Source: Eledone cirrhosa (lineage: Eukaryota). Taken from it: a DNA stretch of 64,000 nucleotides. How positions within the stretch are numbered: position 1 is the first letter of the stretch; every line of letters starts with the position of its first letter. The notes beneath the pieces are model-generated. The model searched no databases. It was not told the DNA's origin and saw nothing but the letters and a program-made list of their open reading frames with translations. Positions 23,681 to 35,416 of this stretch are shown piece by piece. The position numbers and the translations under genes were made by a program. The stretch covers positions 200,570,001 through 200,634,000 of the forward strand of contig OZ024740.1 in the NCBI GenBank assembly GCA_964016885.1, written 5' to 3'.

Positions 23681-24334
23681 TTTAATATATACAGAAACAC
23701 AGAATACGACGTGTTGATAGAGGGAGACGGTAAATAATGACGCTGAGAATATTAAAATAATTATGACGCAGGAAGAATTAAGATGATTAAGTCTTTCATA
23801 AAAATATATTGGGACAGGGGATGAGCGTCCTTATTCAAAACTGCGCTACATATCAAGAATCTTTCAAACATTATTTATAAAAACTATATAAGATGTTGCT
23901 TTCCATACGACAGTATTCTTTAGTAAGTAAGAAGTAAGTGTATGTTGAAGTTGAATAGAAATCCTAAATTATGTATACAGTGCTCTTACATAGAAACAGA
24001 GTCGGGTGTGATATGATGATAGCTTTAAATATTTACATATAGTACATCTCTCAATATATGCCTTTACTCTGAGAATTGATAAAATGCGCGGAAGAAGAGA
24101 AATATTTTGTCTGTAAATGTTTACATCTTAATAACTTTAGATATTTTTTTTATTTATCTACTTATTTATTCATTTATTTATTTCCATGATCTTGATGAAA
24201 GAACATTACATATGACTTTTACAGGGCGACATTCATAGTTTTGCTGCTCTACTACATAAGCGGGCTCCTGCAGGAACTCATTACTAAGTAAATATATTGA
24301 GTTGAAGTTCATATTCACGCATATATATATATAT

Positions 24335-24680
24335 ACGATATTAAACAAATGGAAACTACATTTATAAAACCATATTTATTTCATTATATATATTTAAGGG
24401 CGGTGGATTGGCAGTATCGGTAGAGGGTCGGGACGCCATGCTTTGAAGCATAGAGTTACCTCCCTTTATGATCTGAGTTCAAATCCCGCCGAGGTTAACT
24501 TTGCCTTTCATCCTTACGGGGTCGATAAAATAAAGTACCAGTAATACACTGGGAAAATTGCTGGCCTTGCGCCAAAAGTAGAAACAATTATATATATTTC
24601 AGGGATATCATATTAAAAATATGGTATGCCCTCTTCAGACAAAATACAATATATAAACAGTTTTATAAATAAATTTGACA
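24335..24680 (-). mobile_element. PLE-type pseudo-LTR terminus with a hammerhead, interrupted by a SINE
   Basis: Reverse complement of 34290-34440; CTGAAGA..GAAA core at ~24597-24639. Confidence 0.7.
24396..24586 (+). mobile_element. Full-length tRNA-derived SINE (Meta-domain-like centre) with TSD
   Basis: A box TGGCAGTATCGGTAG, B box GAGTTCAAATCCC; TSD ATTATATATATTT at 24383-24395 and 24587-24599. Confidence 0.92.
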
Positions 24681-24892
24681 TACCTTAAAAAATTTAACAA
24701 CTTCCATTTTAAAAAGTTGTCATGGTAGTGAAAATGTTAAGGACAGTTAGAAAGAAAGACGGAGAAAAAAGAAAAAAAAAAAAAAAAAAAAGAAGGAAGA
24801 AAAAAAGAAAGAGCGGAAGGTGAAGAAGATGAAGAAATGTATGTAAAGAGAAAAACACCAAATGAGAGATTTATGAGGGAAGGGGGTACTGT

Positions 24893-24925
<33 letters not shown>

Positions 24926-25179
24926 GTGTTAAGGATACGGGGAGAAATAAAAACAGGGAGAAATAAAAAAAACAAATAAGGAGAGGTAGATCGAGTAATA
25001 TCTATTATACGAGGTGGGGGAGATAGGGGAGGGGTGAGATACAGTTTAAACAGCCGATACATAAGTCCCGTCAAATGTAGAGGGAGGAGGAGAGGAGACA
25101 TACCCAGAAATAAAAATGATAGTTTTCAAATATTATGTTTCATCAGTCTATCAATTCTTATGAATTATAATGTAAATAT

Positions 25180-27560
25180 CAAAATCTGACCTGGGTAAAC
25201 TTAGCAAAAACATTCTAGACAGGGTGATACAGCAAATTAAGAACTTGAATTGTTTACCTAACTTAAGCTTGTGGAAGGGAACTGGAGAGGTTATTGAGTG
25301 GTTTAAAGAAATTAAATATAACAATAATAATAAATTTTTTCAACTAGATATTGCTAACTACTATTCATCTATTACCCCTAACCTACTAAATAAGGCACTA
25401 AATTATGCATTCAAACATACAGACCTAACTAGCAATGAAATGCACATTATACTATCGGCAAGGAAAACATTGATAGAATTTAATAACCAACTATGGACTA
25501 GGGCAGATAGAGATAGCAATTTTGACATTACTATGGGATCATCTGACTCAGCTCAGGTAACAGACCTTGTGGGCCTATTTATAATTAATTCGCTGCATAG
25601 GAAAATACCCGGTGCTACCGGAGGATTATATCGAGATGACATGCTTTTACTTATTGAAAATAATAACTCTGAACTAAATAGAAAAAGAAAACAAATTATA
25701 CAATTTTTTAATTACCTTAATCTAAAAATAGAAATTGAGAATAACCATAGAATAGTCAATTTCCTAGATGTAACATTAAATCTAAACACATGTCTTCACT
25801 ATCCATTTCACAAGTTAAATGAAAACTTGAATTATGTCAACTTTAACTCCAACCACCCCAGATCTGTTAAAAATACTATAGTGAACTCTGTTCAAAAACG
25901 TATCTCTAGAATCTCATCTAATAAAAATATTTTCGACCAAAAAGCCCAGTATTACAATGAAGCGTTAGCTAGAGCAGGATATAGTGATAAAATTATGTAC
26001 ATCGATAATAATAGACAAACTAACCAAAATAACAACAATTTTAATTACGGTAACAACTTTAACAACTATAATAGAAAGAATTACAATAATTCCAAAAACC
26101 AGAAGAGAAATGGAACTAGAAACATAATTTGGTTTGCCCCCCCCCCCCCCCCCTTTCTCACTAAACATTAAAACCCACATCGCTAAGCTATTTTTTAATG
26201 CTCTTGACAAACGATTCCCTAGAACACATAGGTATCACTCAATTTTCAATAGACATGCTGTGGGGTTAACCTGCTCGTCCACCAAAGATTTGGCACAAGG
26301 TGTTGATAGAGTAAATGGTGGGAGTCTGGGGCCTGGCCAGGGTACCGATAGTGGCATAAACAATATTCAAGTGGACAACTGTGGCTGTGGAGATAGATCT
26401 AGATGCCCGTTAAATAACAATTGCTTAGTTAAAGATATAATGTGCAACTGTGGTGTTGGAACTGACTTAAATTCGTTTGATTATGTTGGTTCCGCCTCGA
26501 CGGAATTTGGGCTTCGCTATAGTGGTCACGGGGGTTCTTTCACGGATCCAAACAGGGGGTCTTCAACGTCACTGTCGGGCTTGCTCTGGCGGCTTGGGCA
26601 TGATGGCATTGGATATTCGACGGTTTGGAATATAGTCTCAAGGGGGATTCCTTTTGACTCCTCTTCTGGGACGTGTAACCTCTGCGCGGAGGAGATGTTT
26701 TTTATACTAAAATCTAGAAGTTCCCTTGTCTTGCGGACCAATTTGTTCGGTTGCTGCAGACATGGATTGAGCTCAGCTTTTGAGTGTAAATATAAATTTA
26801 AAGTGTAGTGTATTTACTTAAGACTCTTAATTATTTTAGAAAACTTGGCGATAGGTCTTTCGATTCCTTCAATTCCTTAAACCTTCTTCATGAGTATATA
26901 ATTAATAATATAGTTAACCTACATTAAAATGGTGATGCTCCCAGTCTATTGAATAAAATGTTTAGGCTAGATAAACTTCTATGATAAATATGGGAGCATC
27001 TGTGGAGCAACCGGGTATCCTAAAGTCTTTTTGAGGGATTTCTGCTGAATAGGTTTGGTGAATAATTTTGGTTTTGTTTGCTTTTAATTCTGATTGCTTC
27101 TGGTGAACTTGGCGGTATATTGTCGGATGGATTGGAAGGATTGATTGATATGCGGGGCACGCTGTGTTTTTGCGGCCCTAGATATTCTGGGGAGTGAAAT
27201 ATTCTTGGCGTTTTTAATATTTTAGTATATTGATGTCTGTTCTATTCTATGCTTGGGCGGTGGTCATGTGGGGGAGGGCAGGAGTATTGTTATTATTAAT
27301 GGTGTATATTTTATGTGTATATATGTATGTATGTACATGTATGTATGGTGGAATCTTTTTTGACGCAGTGAAGATTTTCGTGTGAAATAAGAATTATATA
27401 TCTTTTCTATTCTATGCTTGAACGATAATCATGTAAGAGAGGGCAAGAATATTATTGTTATTAATAATGTATATTTTATGTATATGTGTGTATGTATGTA
27501 CATATGTGTATGGTAAAATCTTTTTAGCGCAGTGAGGATTTTCATGTGAAATAAAAATTT
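25180..27560 (+). mobile_element. PLE family E (RT + GIY-YIG), 3' half A-to-G hypermutated
   Basis: ORFs 25224-26171 (QLDIANYY, MGSSDSAQ, GLYRDD, VNFLDVTL) and 26134-26808 (RCPLNNNCL, YVGS, CNLC, CRH); frameshift in poly-C at ~26140. Confidence 0.92.
27240..27559 (+). repeat. Tandem duplication of a ~155-bp unit differing only by A/G transitions and one T indel
   Basis: 27240-27395 versus 27405-27559, aligned by eye. Confidence 0.93.
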
Positions 27561-27711
27561 ACAGAGATGATCACGTAAACTCACATGTATTTATAATGTC
27601 TATTTGAGATGACCTTCTCTTTTTCTTTCTCTTTTTTCTTTTTCTCTTTTTTCATGAAAATACATATATACCTATGTATTTCAGTTTTTTTAAAGTTTTA
27701 TCTCAGATTTT

Positions 27712-28350
27712 GATAAGTTGTACACATCGCTTCAAAATATCCTTCTTCAGATGGGTTAAGGATGAGTGAAACCGTGCACCGGCGGGCAGGCGCTGCAAAA
27801 TAGCACCCAGGAAACTATCCTTGCGTACCAGACCCAGCCTCAAACGACTCACACAATCAGATGCAGGTAAAAACACACTCAAAATAAGCGTTGATTACAT
27901 GGGTATCAACAATGGTAAGGTTGTAACCTCATCTCGTAGCGGATAATAAAATTTGTCCGGGAAAGACTGCTCTAACACCGGCCAGAGTTACCTCCCTTGA
28001 CCTGCTGCAAAATCAAAACAAGCTATTTTTGCGAGCAATGCACCTTGACGTAGATTTAACCCCCAAAACTCTTTCCAAGCAATGTAAGGAACACTTTTGA
28101 TTATTTATGCCCTTCAGAAGCCCAACCGGGCGAAACGTACGTAGGTGCTGTTTTAAATAAACATGTTTTAACGGTCTATTCTCCGATTTCTGACTTTCCC
28201 ACGTCCTTACGCTCTAGCCCACTAAATATTAACACTTCGAATATTTAATACTGCCGGCACTAGTATCGAGCACCTTTGGCATACGCTACTTGGCAAATAA
28301 CTATATGTATCACCTATCCTCCCTTTTTTTTCTCTCTCTCGATACGTAAA
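27712..28350 (+). mobile_element. PLE family A 3' end / pseudo-LTR, diverged subfamily
   Basis: Collinear with 12554-13137; reads ISCTHRFKISFFRWVKDE*; hammerhead core degraded to TTCAGAA at ~28114. Confidence 0.9.
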
Positions 28351-28377
28351 TAGTGTATGTATATATATATACTACGT

Positions 28378-28431
28378 AAATTAGATTAAGGATGCCATGT
28401 TTGAGAATATCAGAAGCACGCGCCATATCAC

Positions 28432-28501
<70 letters not shown>

Positions 28502-28946
28502 AATATATATATACATACATCTATATGTGTGTGAGTGTATGTGCACATGTATCATTATTAAATATATTCAAATTATCTAATTTAATTTATTTTTCAATTT
28601 CAATTTGTATGGTTTAATATTTTATATTGTTTATTCATTATGATGTATAGGCAGTTTCGATAAGAACGTCGGACACCATGCTTCGCGGCATAGAGTTATG
28701 CCCTTTTAGGTTCTGAGTTCAAATCTCACCGAGGGTACCTTTGCTTTCATCCTTACGGGGGTTGATAAAATAAAGTTCCAGTAGCGCACTGGGGTCGATT
28801 TAATCGACTTTCCCCTCCCACCAAAATTTTAAATTATGAATGAATATTTGTACAAATAATAAGTGTACATACATATTTGCACGTATATATATATATATAT
28901 ATATATATAAATACATATACATATATATATATATATATATAAATAC

Positions 28947-28981
<35 letters not shown>

Positions 28982-29160
28982 CTACCTAAATTAGATTAAG
29001 GATGCCATGTCTGAGAATATCAGAAGCATGCGCCATATCACCTGTATATATATATATAATATATATATACATACATCTATATGTGTGTGAGTGTATGTGT
29101 ACTTGTATCATTATTAAATATATTCAAATTATCTAATTTAATCTATTTTTCAATTTCAAT
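28378..29160 (+). repeat. Direct duplication (28378-28604 and 28988-29160) flanking a SINE
   Basis: AAATTAGATTAAGGATGCCATG..TTTTCAATTTCAAT occurs twice, with different internal (TA)n lengths. Confidence 0.85.
28649..28830 (+). mobile_element. tRNA-derived SINE, related subfamily
   Basis: GAGTTCAAATCTC B box; CTTTCATCCTTACGGGGGTTGATAAAATAAAG. Confidence 0.82.
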
Positions 29161-29267
29161 AATCACCAATTGTATGTTTAGTTTAACATATGTGTTAGTT
29201 AAGTAATTGTTTTAATTTAATAGACAGTATCGTTAATCACACTCACACACATATACATATAAATGTG

Positions 29268-29340
<73 letters not shown>

Positions 29341-29552
29341 TTGCCCTTTTGTTCAACACAGACAAAGGAACGATGTACTAGTTTCAAGCTTATTAGCTAT
29401 CGTCAACACCGTTTACCTTCCTGCCAGATAGTTGAACGCCTGAAAGTATATACTTTCCTTATGCATATTAACGGCTGAGAAGCCTAATTTGCATATCGAG
29501 ATATCGAGTGAGTACTAAGAATGAGAAATGAAATTTCGTTTCATTTTTTTCC

Positions 29553-29592
<40 letters not shown>

Positions 29593-29594
<2 letters not shown>

Positions 29595-29635
29595 GTTGCT
29601 GACGATAGCTAATAAGTTTGAAACTAGTACATCGT
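29593..29635 (+). ncRNA. Type I minimal hammerhead ribozyme; mirror copy at 29370-29411 (-)
   Basis: acgttg-CTGACGA-tagct(aata)agttt-GAAAC-ta-GTA-catcgt; inverted arms ~29337-29410 and 29595-29668. Confidence 0.75.
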
Positions 29636-29939
29636 TCCTTTGTCAGTGTTGAACAAATGAGCAACGATGGTTGCTAGACACTGTACGGCTTAATTCGGGA
29701 TGTTTGTTTACAAACACACCGAACATTATAATAAATGTTCGGTGAATCCATACGTACATATATATATGTGTGCATGTATGTATATATATATATACTACTG
29801 TACGTCTGTATACATATATGTATGTACGTGTACATACTTATATTTAAGTAACAGCCGTACTAAGAGTGAGAAATGAAATTTCGTTTCATTTTTTCTGTTT
29901 ATATATATATATATGTATACATACACGCACATATATATC

Positions 29940-30050
29940 GGCTGCTTTTGCCCGTAAAATCTTTCCTGAAACATTCTAACCACATACCCATAGTATCGGA
30001 CCTGTGATTTCTCAATTCGGAGAAGCAGCGGCTTTATCTGAAGCAACTCG
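29940..30050 (-). mobile_element. RTE-clade LINE C-terminal fragment
   Basis: LRIEKSQVRYYGYVVRM..ER resembles the RTE LRWFGHVxRM..ER motif. Confidence 0.55.
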
Positions 30051-31624
30051 TCGGGCCCCTTGCCAAGTTTTCCCCTATTGCTCGCTCTCTATTTCCCATT
30101 GAATGTCTCTCTTCCCCACTCTCCATCCTCTTCCTGTCTCTCTCTTTCTCTGTGTATGCGTCTCTATCTCACTCACTCGCCCTCTCTTAAAAAATGGAAA
30201 TAATGGCCGTGTTTTAATATTAATACCAGCAAAATGACATAGTTCCAATTGTATAAAAATATGTTATATGTCTAAATATAAAGGTGCGTTACTCAGGGAT
30301 TGTGATGCTTGGATCTTAATCGTAAAGACGTGAATCAAATCCTGACGATTGCACCCTTGAGCACGTCAATTGATCTCAGCTGGCAAAATAGTGTTGTACC
30401 AGTCTTGTAACTCTGTGTCATAGTGAATTTCTATGAGAACTACTGTGGAATCCACTTCTATTTGCACGTTAATTGCATGAACGGGCTGGCACGTGAGTAC
30501 CAACACATAAACACGTGTGTATAACGTATTTGTGACCTTCAACAAGTGATACAACTTTACGGCTCTTTTTGGTAGGCATTAAGAATCAGTAGGCTTCCCA
30601 GATATTCGTTCTCTAACCTTTACCCACAAAATCACCAACACATATTACTGAAAGACCTATAAATAACCTTTACACTTCATAATGAAATGACTATGTATGT
30701 ATTATCCATGTGATCTTAAATGTCGCTGAAATTATAGGGGCAATTTTATGACAAAAGGTGTGTTAGGTAATCAAATCTGACACCCCTCTTTTGATCGGAA
30801 CACAACCAATTGTTTCCGAGGGGAAAAGAAATAGAAAAAGGAAGAGGAAGAGAGAAAGAGAATTGAAAAGTGATTCAGAGAAAGAACCGGCTTCAGCAAG
30901 TGTTTGCGTTTTGAATTCGAAAATATAAATAGTGACCTCGGTGGGATTTTACAACAGAAAGCGGAATAATTGTTGCAAATATGCCGTGTAACATTCAAAT
31001 GACCTTGCTACATCACTGCCTTGAATATGTATCCCATGTTTTTGTCAAATTTATTAAAGAAGTAACTATACCATGTCGTCAAAGAATACACATTTAAGTA
31101 TACTTTTGATTACTATGCAGAATATCACATAAAACATTTTGTCATTAATGACAAACTCTCTATAAATTCATTTCATCACATACCCCGAAGTAATTTTGTG
31201 AACGCAGGTTCTAGAGTCTAGAACCTGCTTCTAGATCTAAGAAAAAGTGCGGATGTTATATTAGGCCTCTCCTTGTCGAAATCAAGCAAGTAGGAAACAA
31301 GTCTGCTATGTTAGTACAGAGATTAGTATTTTGAATTATAGGCGGTATTATTTCAATATATAGGGAAGAAAAATAACTGACTTTCATCAATATTTCCGAT
31401 GATATCGATTTGGTAGATTTTAGATTACTTGATGAAATCTGATTGTCCAAACCAATCCATTCAAGAACTAATTTGTAAATGTCAATGCATATATTTGAAA
31501 GTCTACAATAGGATCAGTTTCAAAAGCATTATATACACACACATGCACACACACCATATATATGCATGTATATATGTATGTTTGTATATATGTATTTATA
31601 TAGTTATATGTATATATCTACGCT

Positions 31625-31673
31625 GTGTAGATTTTTAAGTATACGCATTGGTATTATATTGGTTTTAATTCAT

Positions 31674-31704
<31 letters not shown>

Positions 31705-31760
31705 AATGTATATGAATTAAAACCAATATAATACCAATGTGAATACTTAAAAATCTACAC
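31625..31760. repeat. Inverted repeat (~55-bp arms) centred on (TA)n
   Basis: GTGTAGATTTTTAAGTAT..TTCATATACAT pairs with ATGTATATGAA..ATACTTAAAAATCTACAC. Confidence 0.9.
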
Positions 31761-31792
31761 ACCGTTTTCCGCACGCACCTACACACAAGCAT

Positions 31793-31898
<106 letters not shown>

Positions 31899-32541
31899 GA
31901 TAGAGATAGTCAGATGGATATATATATATATATATAATGTAAATATGTATGCATCTTCGTATGTGTGTATATGTGTATGTATATATATATAGAGTGCATC
32001 AGCATCCAAAATGAAAAGCAATATCTAAAATGCCAATAGCGAGATAAAATCCATCATCACAACATTCTTTCTTCAAGGAAAGTTTATGTTGGATCATTCT
32101 ACTTATAGACACGCACTAACAAATTCGTTCTGAAGGAGAAAAGAAGAAGGATACAATAGTTATATTTATTGTTGAAAGAATGTAAGTAGAAAGTGTACTG
32201 GTTTGACTGTTTCGTGCACGATTAAAGTGAATATATGTGTATGTGATGGATATAACGCATCTTGAAATAACATTGAGATATTGCAATAAGTGAATACGAG
32301 TATATGATGGATAAAAAAGAATTTGAAATAACGTTGTGATATTTCAATCTATATATGACGATTGGAGAGAACAGGCAATTGGTGAATTAGTCGATTTTGA
32401 TTTAGTTGAATCAGCACGGATTCTATGTGTACATAGAATTTTTTTTTCAATCTTGTTCATCATCTTGCCTTACTAAACGAGTAAATGATTTTTTTGTACA
32501 TATGTATGTGTAGGTGTTTTTATAAAGCGTGTACTAATAAT

Positions 32542-32582
<41 letters not shown>

Positions 32583-32974
32583 CACGGTAAGAATGTACGC
32601 ATTTCTTCTAACTTTAAATGTATACCTAATTGAGTATGGTTGACGGTATATTTAGTCAATTTCTACATGCTGCTGAAATGTTGCGGTCAGCCGCAAAGGG
32701 GCCGCTTTGTTTATTTATCAAATATTTCTTCATATGAGCCTTTATTCTTATAGCTTGGTCTAATTGATATTTTATGTGGTTAATTATCCTAATTGGGAGA
32801 GGAAATAGTGTATATATTTTATCAAATGATTCTATGGACATAATTCATGATATATATATATATATATATATATATCTTACTCGATTGACTTTCGTCAAAT
32901 CGGACCGACGAAACAATGTTTCCGTTGGTCTTTCCAATTGCTAATACTATCCATCGGTCGCAACTCCAGGTAGA

Positions 32975-33090
32975 AGAGCAACGTGAAATAAAGTGTCTTG
33001 CTCAAGGACATAACGCATCGCCCTGTCCAGGAATCGAACTCACAACCTTACGAATGCGAATCCAATTCTCTAACCACTCAGCCACACGCC
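32975..33090 (-). mobile_element. tRNA-derived SINE 5' part
   Basis: Reverse complement GGCGTGTGGCTGAGTGGTTAG..GAGTTCGATTCC..TCCTTGAGCAAGACACTT. Confidence 0.85.
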
Positions 33091-33407
33091 TTTGGACATT
33101 GACTCTCCTGAGTTTCTCCACACTTTCATGGGTTTTGTTTTTCATCCCGCAGGATAACCAAATTCAACATCCTCACCAAGCATGTTTAGTGGTTTCGCCG
33201 GTTTAGTTGTCGACGACCCAACTATGCAGATGATGTTCTGGGTTACATGTTACCGGCAGTACTGAAGAGCGACCTGACATAATACATACAAAACCAGAAA
33301 CAAACATGCATATATATATACTTTTTCCTATTTCTCACACTACTACCCTAAATATTGAGTACTCTGGTGCGTTATGGTCCATCTGATTCCTTACCACAAT
33401 TCCTTTG

Positions 33408-33454
<47 letters not shown>

Positions 33455-34326
33455 GGGAAGAAAGAGGAAAACTGCATGGTTGCACATGGGTTACATATTA
33501 TAAAATTAGTTCCTCATCAGTGATTTGCCAACCATCATTGGTATTTCATCGCATTAAAAATCATATACCTCAGGTTGGTGCGAGCAATAAGTAAAATAAG
33601 CTATTGGGACAAGTGAATCGCGTAAAGCGAGTGAGACAAGTAAACAACAAGAAGGAAAAGCAAACCGAAGGTAGGAAAAAAGCAAGCAACATGATGGTTA
33701 TCCGATCAGCATAAGCTGGGTGAATTTCATGAGCGGTCAGAAAACAGACCGTTCGACGTGAATGAGATGTGAGAAAGAAAGAATCCCACTACTAACGAAC
33801 GGGAGGAAGTGAGAAGGGGAGAAACAGAGAGTGAATGAGTGAAAGTAAGAGGAAGAGGTCAGTCGAGAGAAAGTGTAACTGAATGTATATATATATACAT
33901 ATATTTTCTCTCCCTCTTTCTTTTCCTCCCAGCTCTCTCTCTCTGTTTTCTCTTTATCTCCATTTTTTCTTTCTCTCCGTCTTTTCTCTAACTGTGCTTA
34001 ACATTATAACTAAATAATTACTGTACTCTCTCTCTATATAGTACTCCCTCTCTCTTGAATCTCTCTATTTGTATGGTGAATTATTATTATTCATCTGATG
34101 CCTTCGGTTGCCTCTCTTTTTTCACCTCCTCCTTCTTTCTCTCTCCCCTATCTCTCTCTGTTTTTCTTTACATCCATTTCTTCTTTCCCTCCGTCTTTTT
34201 TCTAACTGTGCTTAACACTATAACGAAATAATTATAAACACTTCACTACCAAGCCAGCCTCCTATCGTAATGGTCGCTTATATTTATGGTACGTCAAAAT
34301 TATTTATAAAACTGTTTATATATTGT

Positions 34327-34390
34327 ATTTTATCTGACGAAGGCATGCCATATTTTTAATATGGTATCCCTGAAATATGTATAATGAAAT
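34327..34390 (+). ncRNA. Type I hammerhead ribozyme
   Basis: attttat-CTGACGA-aggcatgccatatt(ttt)aatatggtatccct-GAAA-tatgta-TA-atgaaat. Confidence 0.82.
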
Positions 34391-34500
34391 TAATATGGTT
34401 TTATAAATATAGTTTCCATTTGTTTAATATCGTATATACATATATATATATATATATATATTTATACTTGCATACATGCATACATACATATACATGGAGA

Positions 34501-34504
<4 letters not shown>

Positions 34505-34540
<36 letters not shown>

Positions 34541-35416
34541 TGTGGTTGTCTGTCTGTCTATCGATTTTTGGCACACATCTCCTCTTAGAATCTCTCACAG
34601 AATTGCACCGAAATTGCTATACTTGTACATTGAGCCCTAGCGAAGACATCGGAAAAAAACAATTTCAAATTGACCCACCCTATGTGACGAAATCGAATAT
34701 AATGTATCGATTTTTGAGCGTAAGTTATCAGTTATTTCCCTTTGTTCTGTTTACATTGAGCGTCTTACGTAAAAAATTACGCTGGCTTTCTCAGCGTTTA
34801 AAAAATATTGACCTGCAAAATTCATCAGTTCGAACACTAAGCTTCCGTTTTGCTTCATTTCCATTTAAAAGCATTTTAAAACAATATTTTTACTTGAAAA
34901 CAAGTCTATTTAAAGACTACGTAAAACAAGCAAATATTTCGTCGTTAGGCGTGCAGACAGATAGTCGTGCAGAGAGGTGATATAGGCGTGCAGACAGACA
35001 GTCGTGCAGAGAGGTGATATAGGCGTGCAGACAGACAGTCGTGCAGAGAGGTGATATAGGCGTGCAGACAGACAGTCGTGCAGAGAGGTGATATAGGCGT
35101 GCAGACAGACATAACTGATAATTTGGTTACGCTAATGTTTTTCTCTGCGTTGCAGTGTTTACATTTTCGATCTTTGTTAATAAATAACCAGTGCAGTTTT
35201 TATCCCCAGCATCCTCTTTTGTTATAACATTCGGGTTATCGTTATGTTTTCTTAACTTCATAAGGCATATTGTTGGTTGAGGGAATATTAATCAAAAACA
35301 CCACATGCAAGTCTGCACAGTAGACACTACAGTTTTTAAGCCAAAAAAGAAACTTAACATTGTAACTTTAACACAGCTACTGAGCGACCCCGAGCAACGC
35401 CGGGCTTTACTGCTAG
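34505..35416 (+). mobile_element. Non-autonomous Helitron-like element
   Basis: 5' (TA)nAAAACT..(GTCT)n; 3' hairpin CCCG..CGGG followed by CTAG|T at 35413-35417; internal minisatellite. The 5' boundary is uncertain. Confidence 0.65.
34948..35110 (+). repeat. 37-bp minisatellite, ~4.4 copies
   Basis: GGCGTGCAGACAGACAGTCGTGCAGAGAGGTGATATA starts at 34948, 34985, 35022, 35059 and 35096 with no spacers. Confidence 0.95.

Noticed and set aside
24398-24490. tRNA gene-like A and B boxes (also 18826, 32975, 51187)
   Set aside because: No cloverleaf; these are SINE heads followed by SINE bodies, two with clear TSDs.
33255-33320. CTGAAGA..GAAAC possible hammerhead (also 25110-25150, 51030-51070, 56695-56755)
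   Set aside because: Stems I and III cannot be formed convincingly; at best degenerate.
34948-35110. 37-bp repeats resembling a CRISPR array
   Set aside because: Head-to-tail with no unique spacers, no cas genes, and a eukaryotic context.
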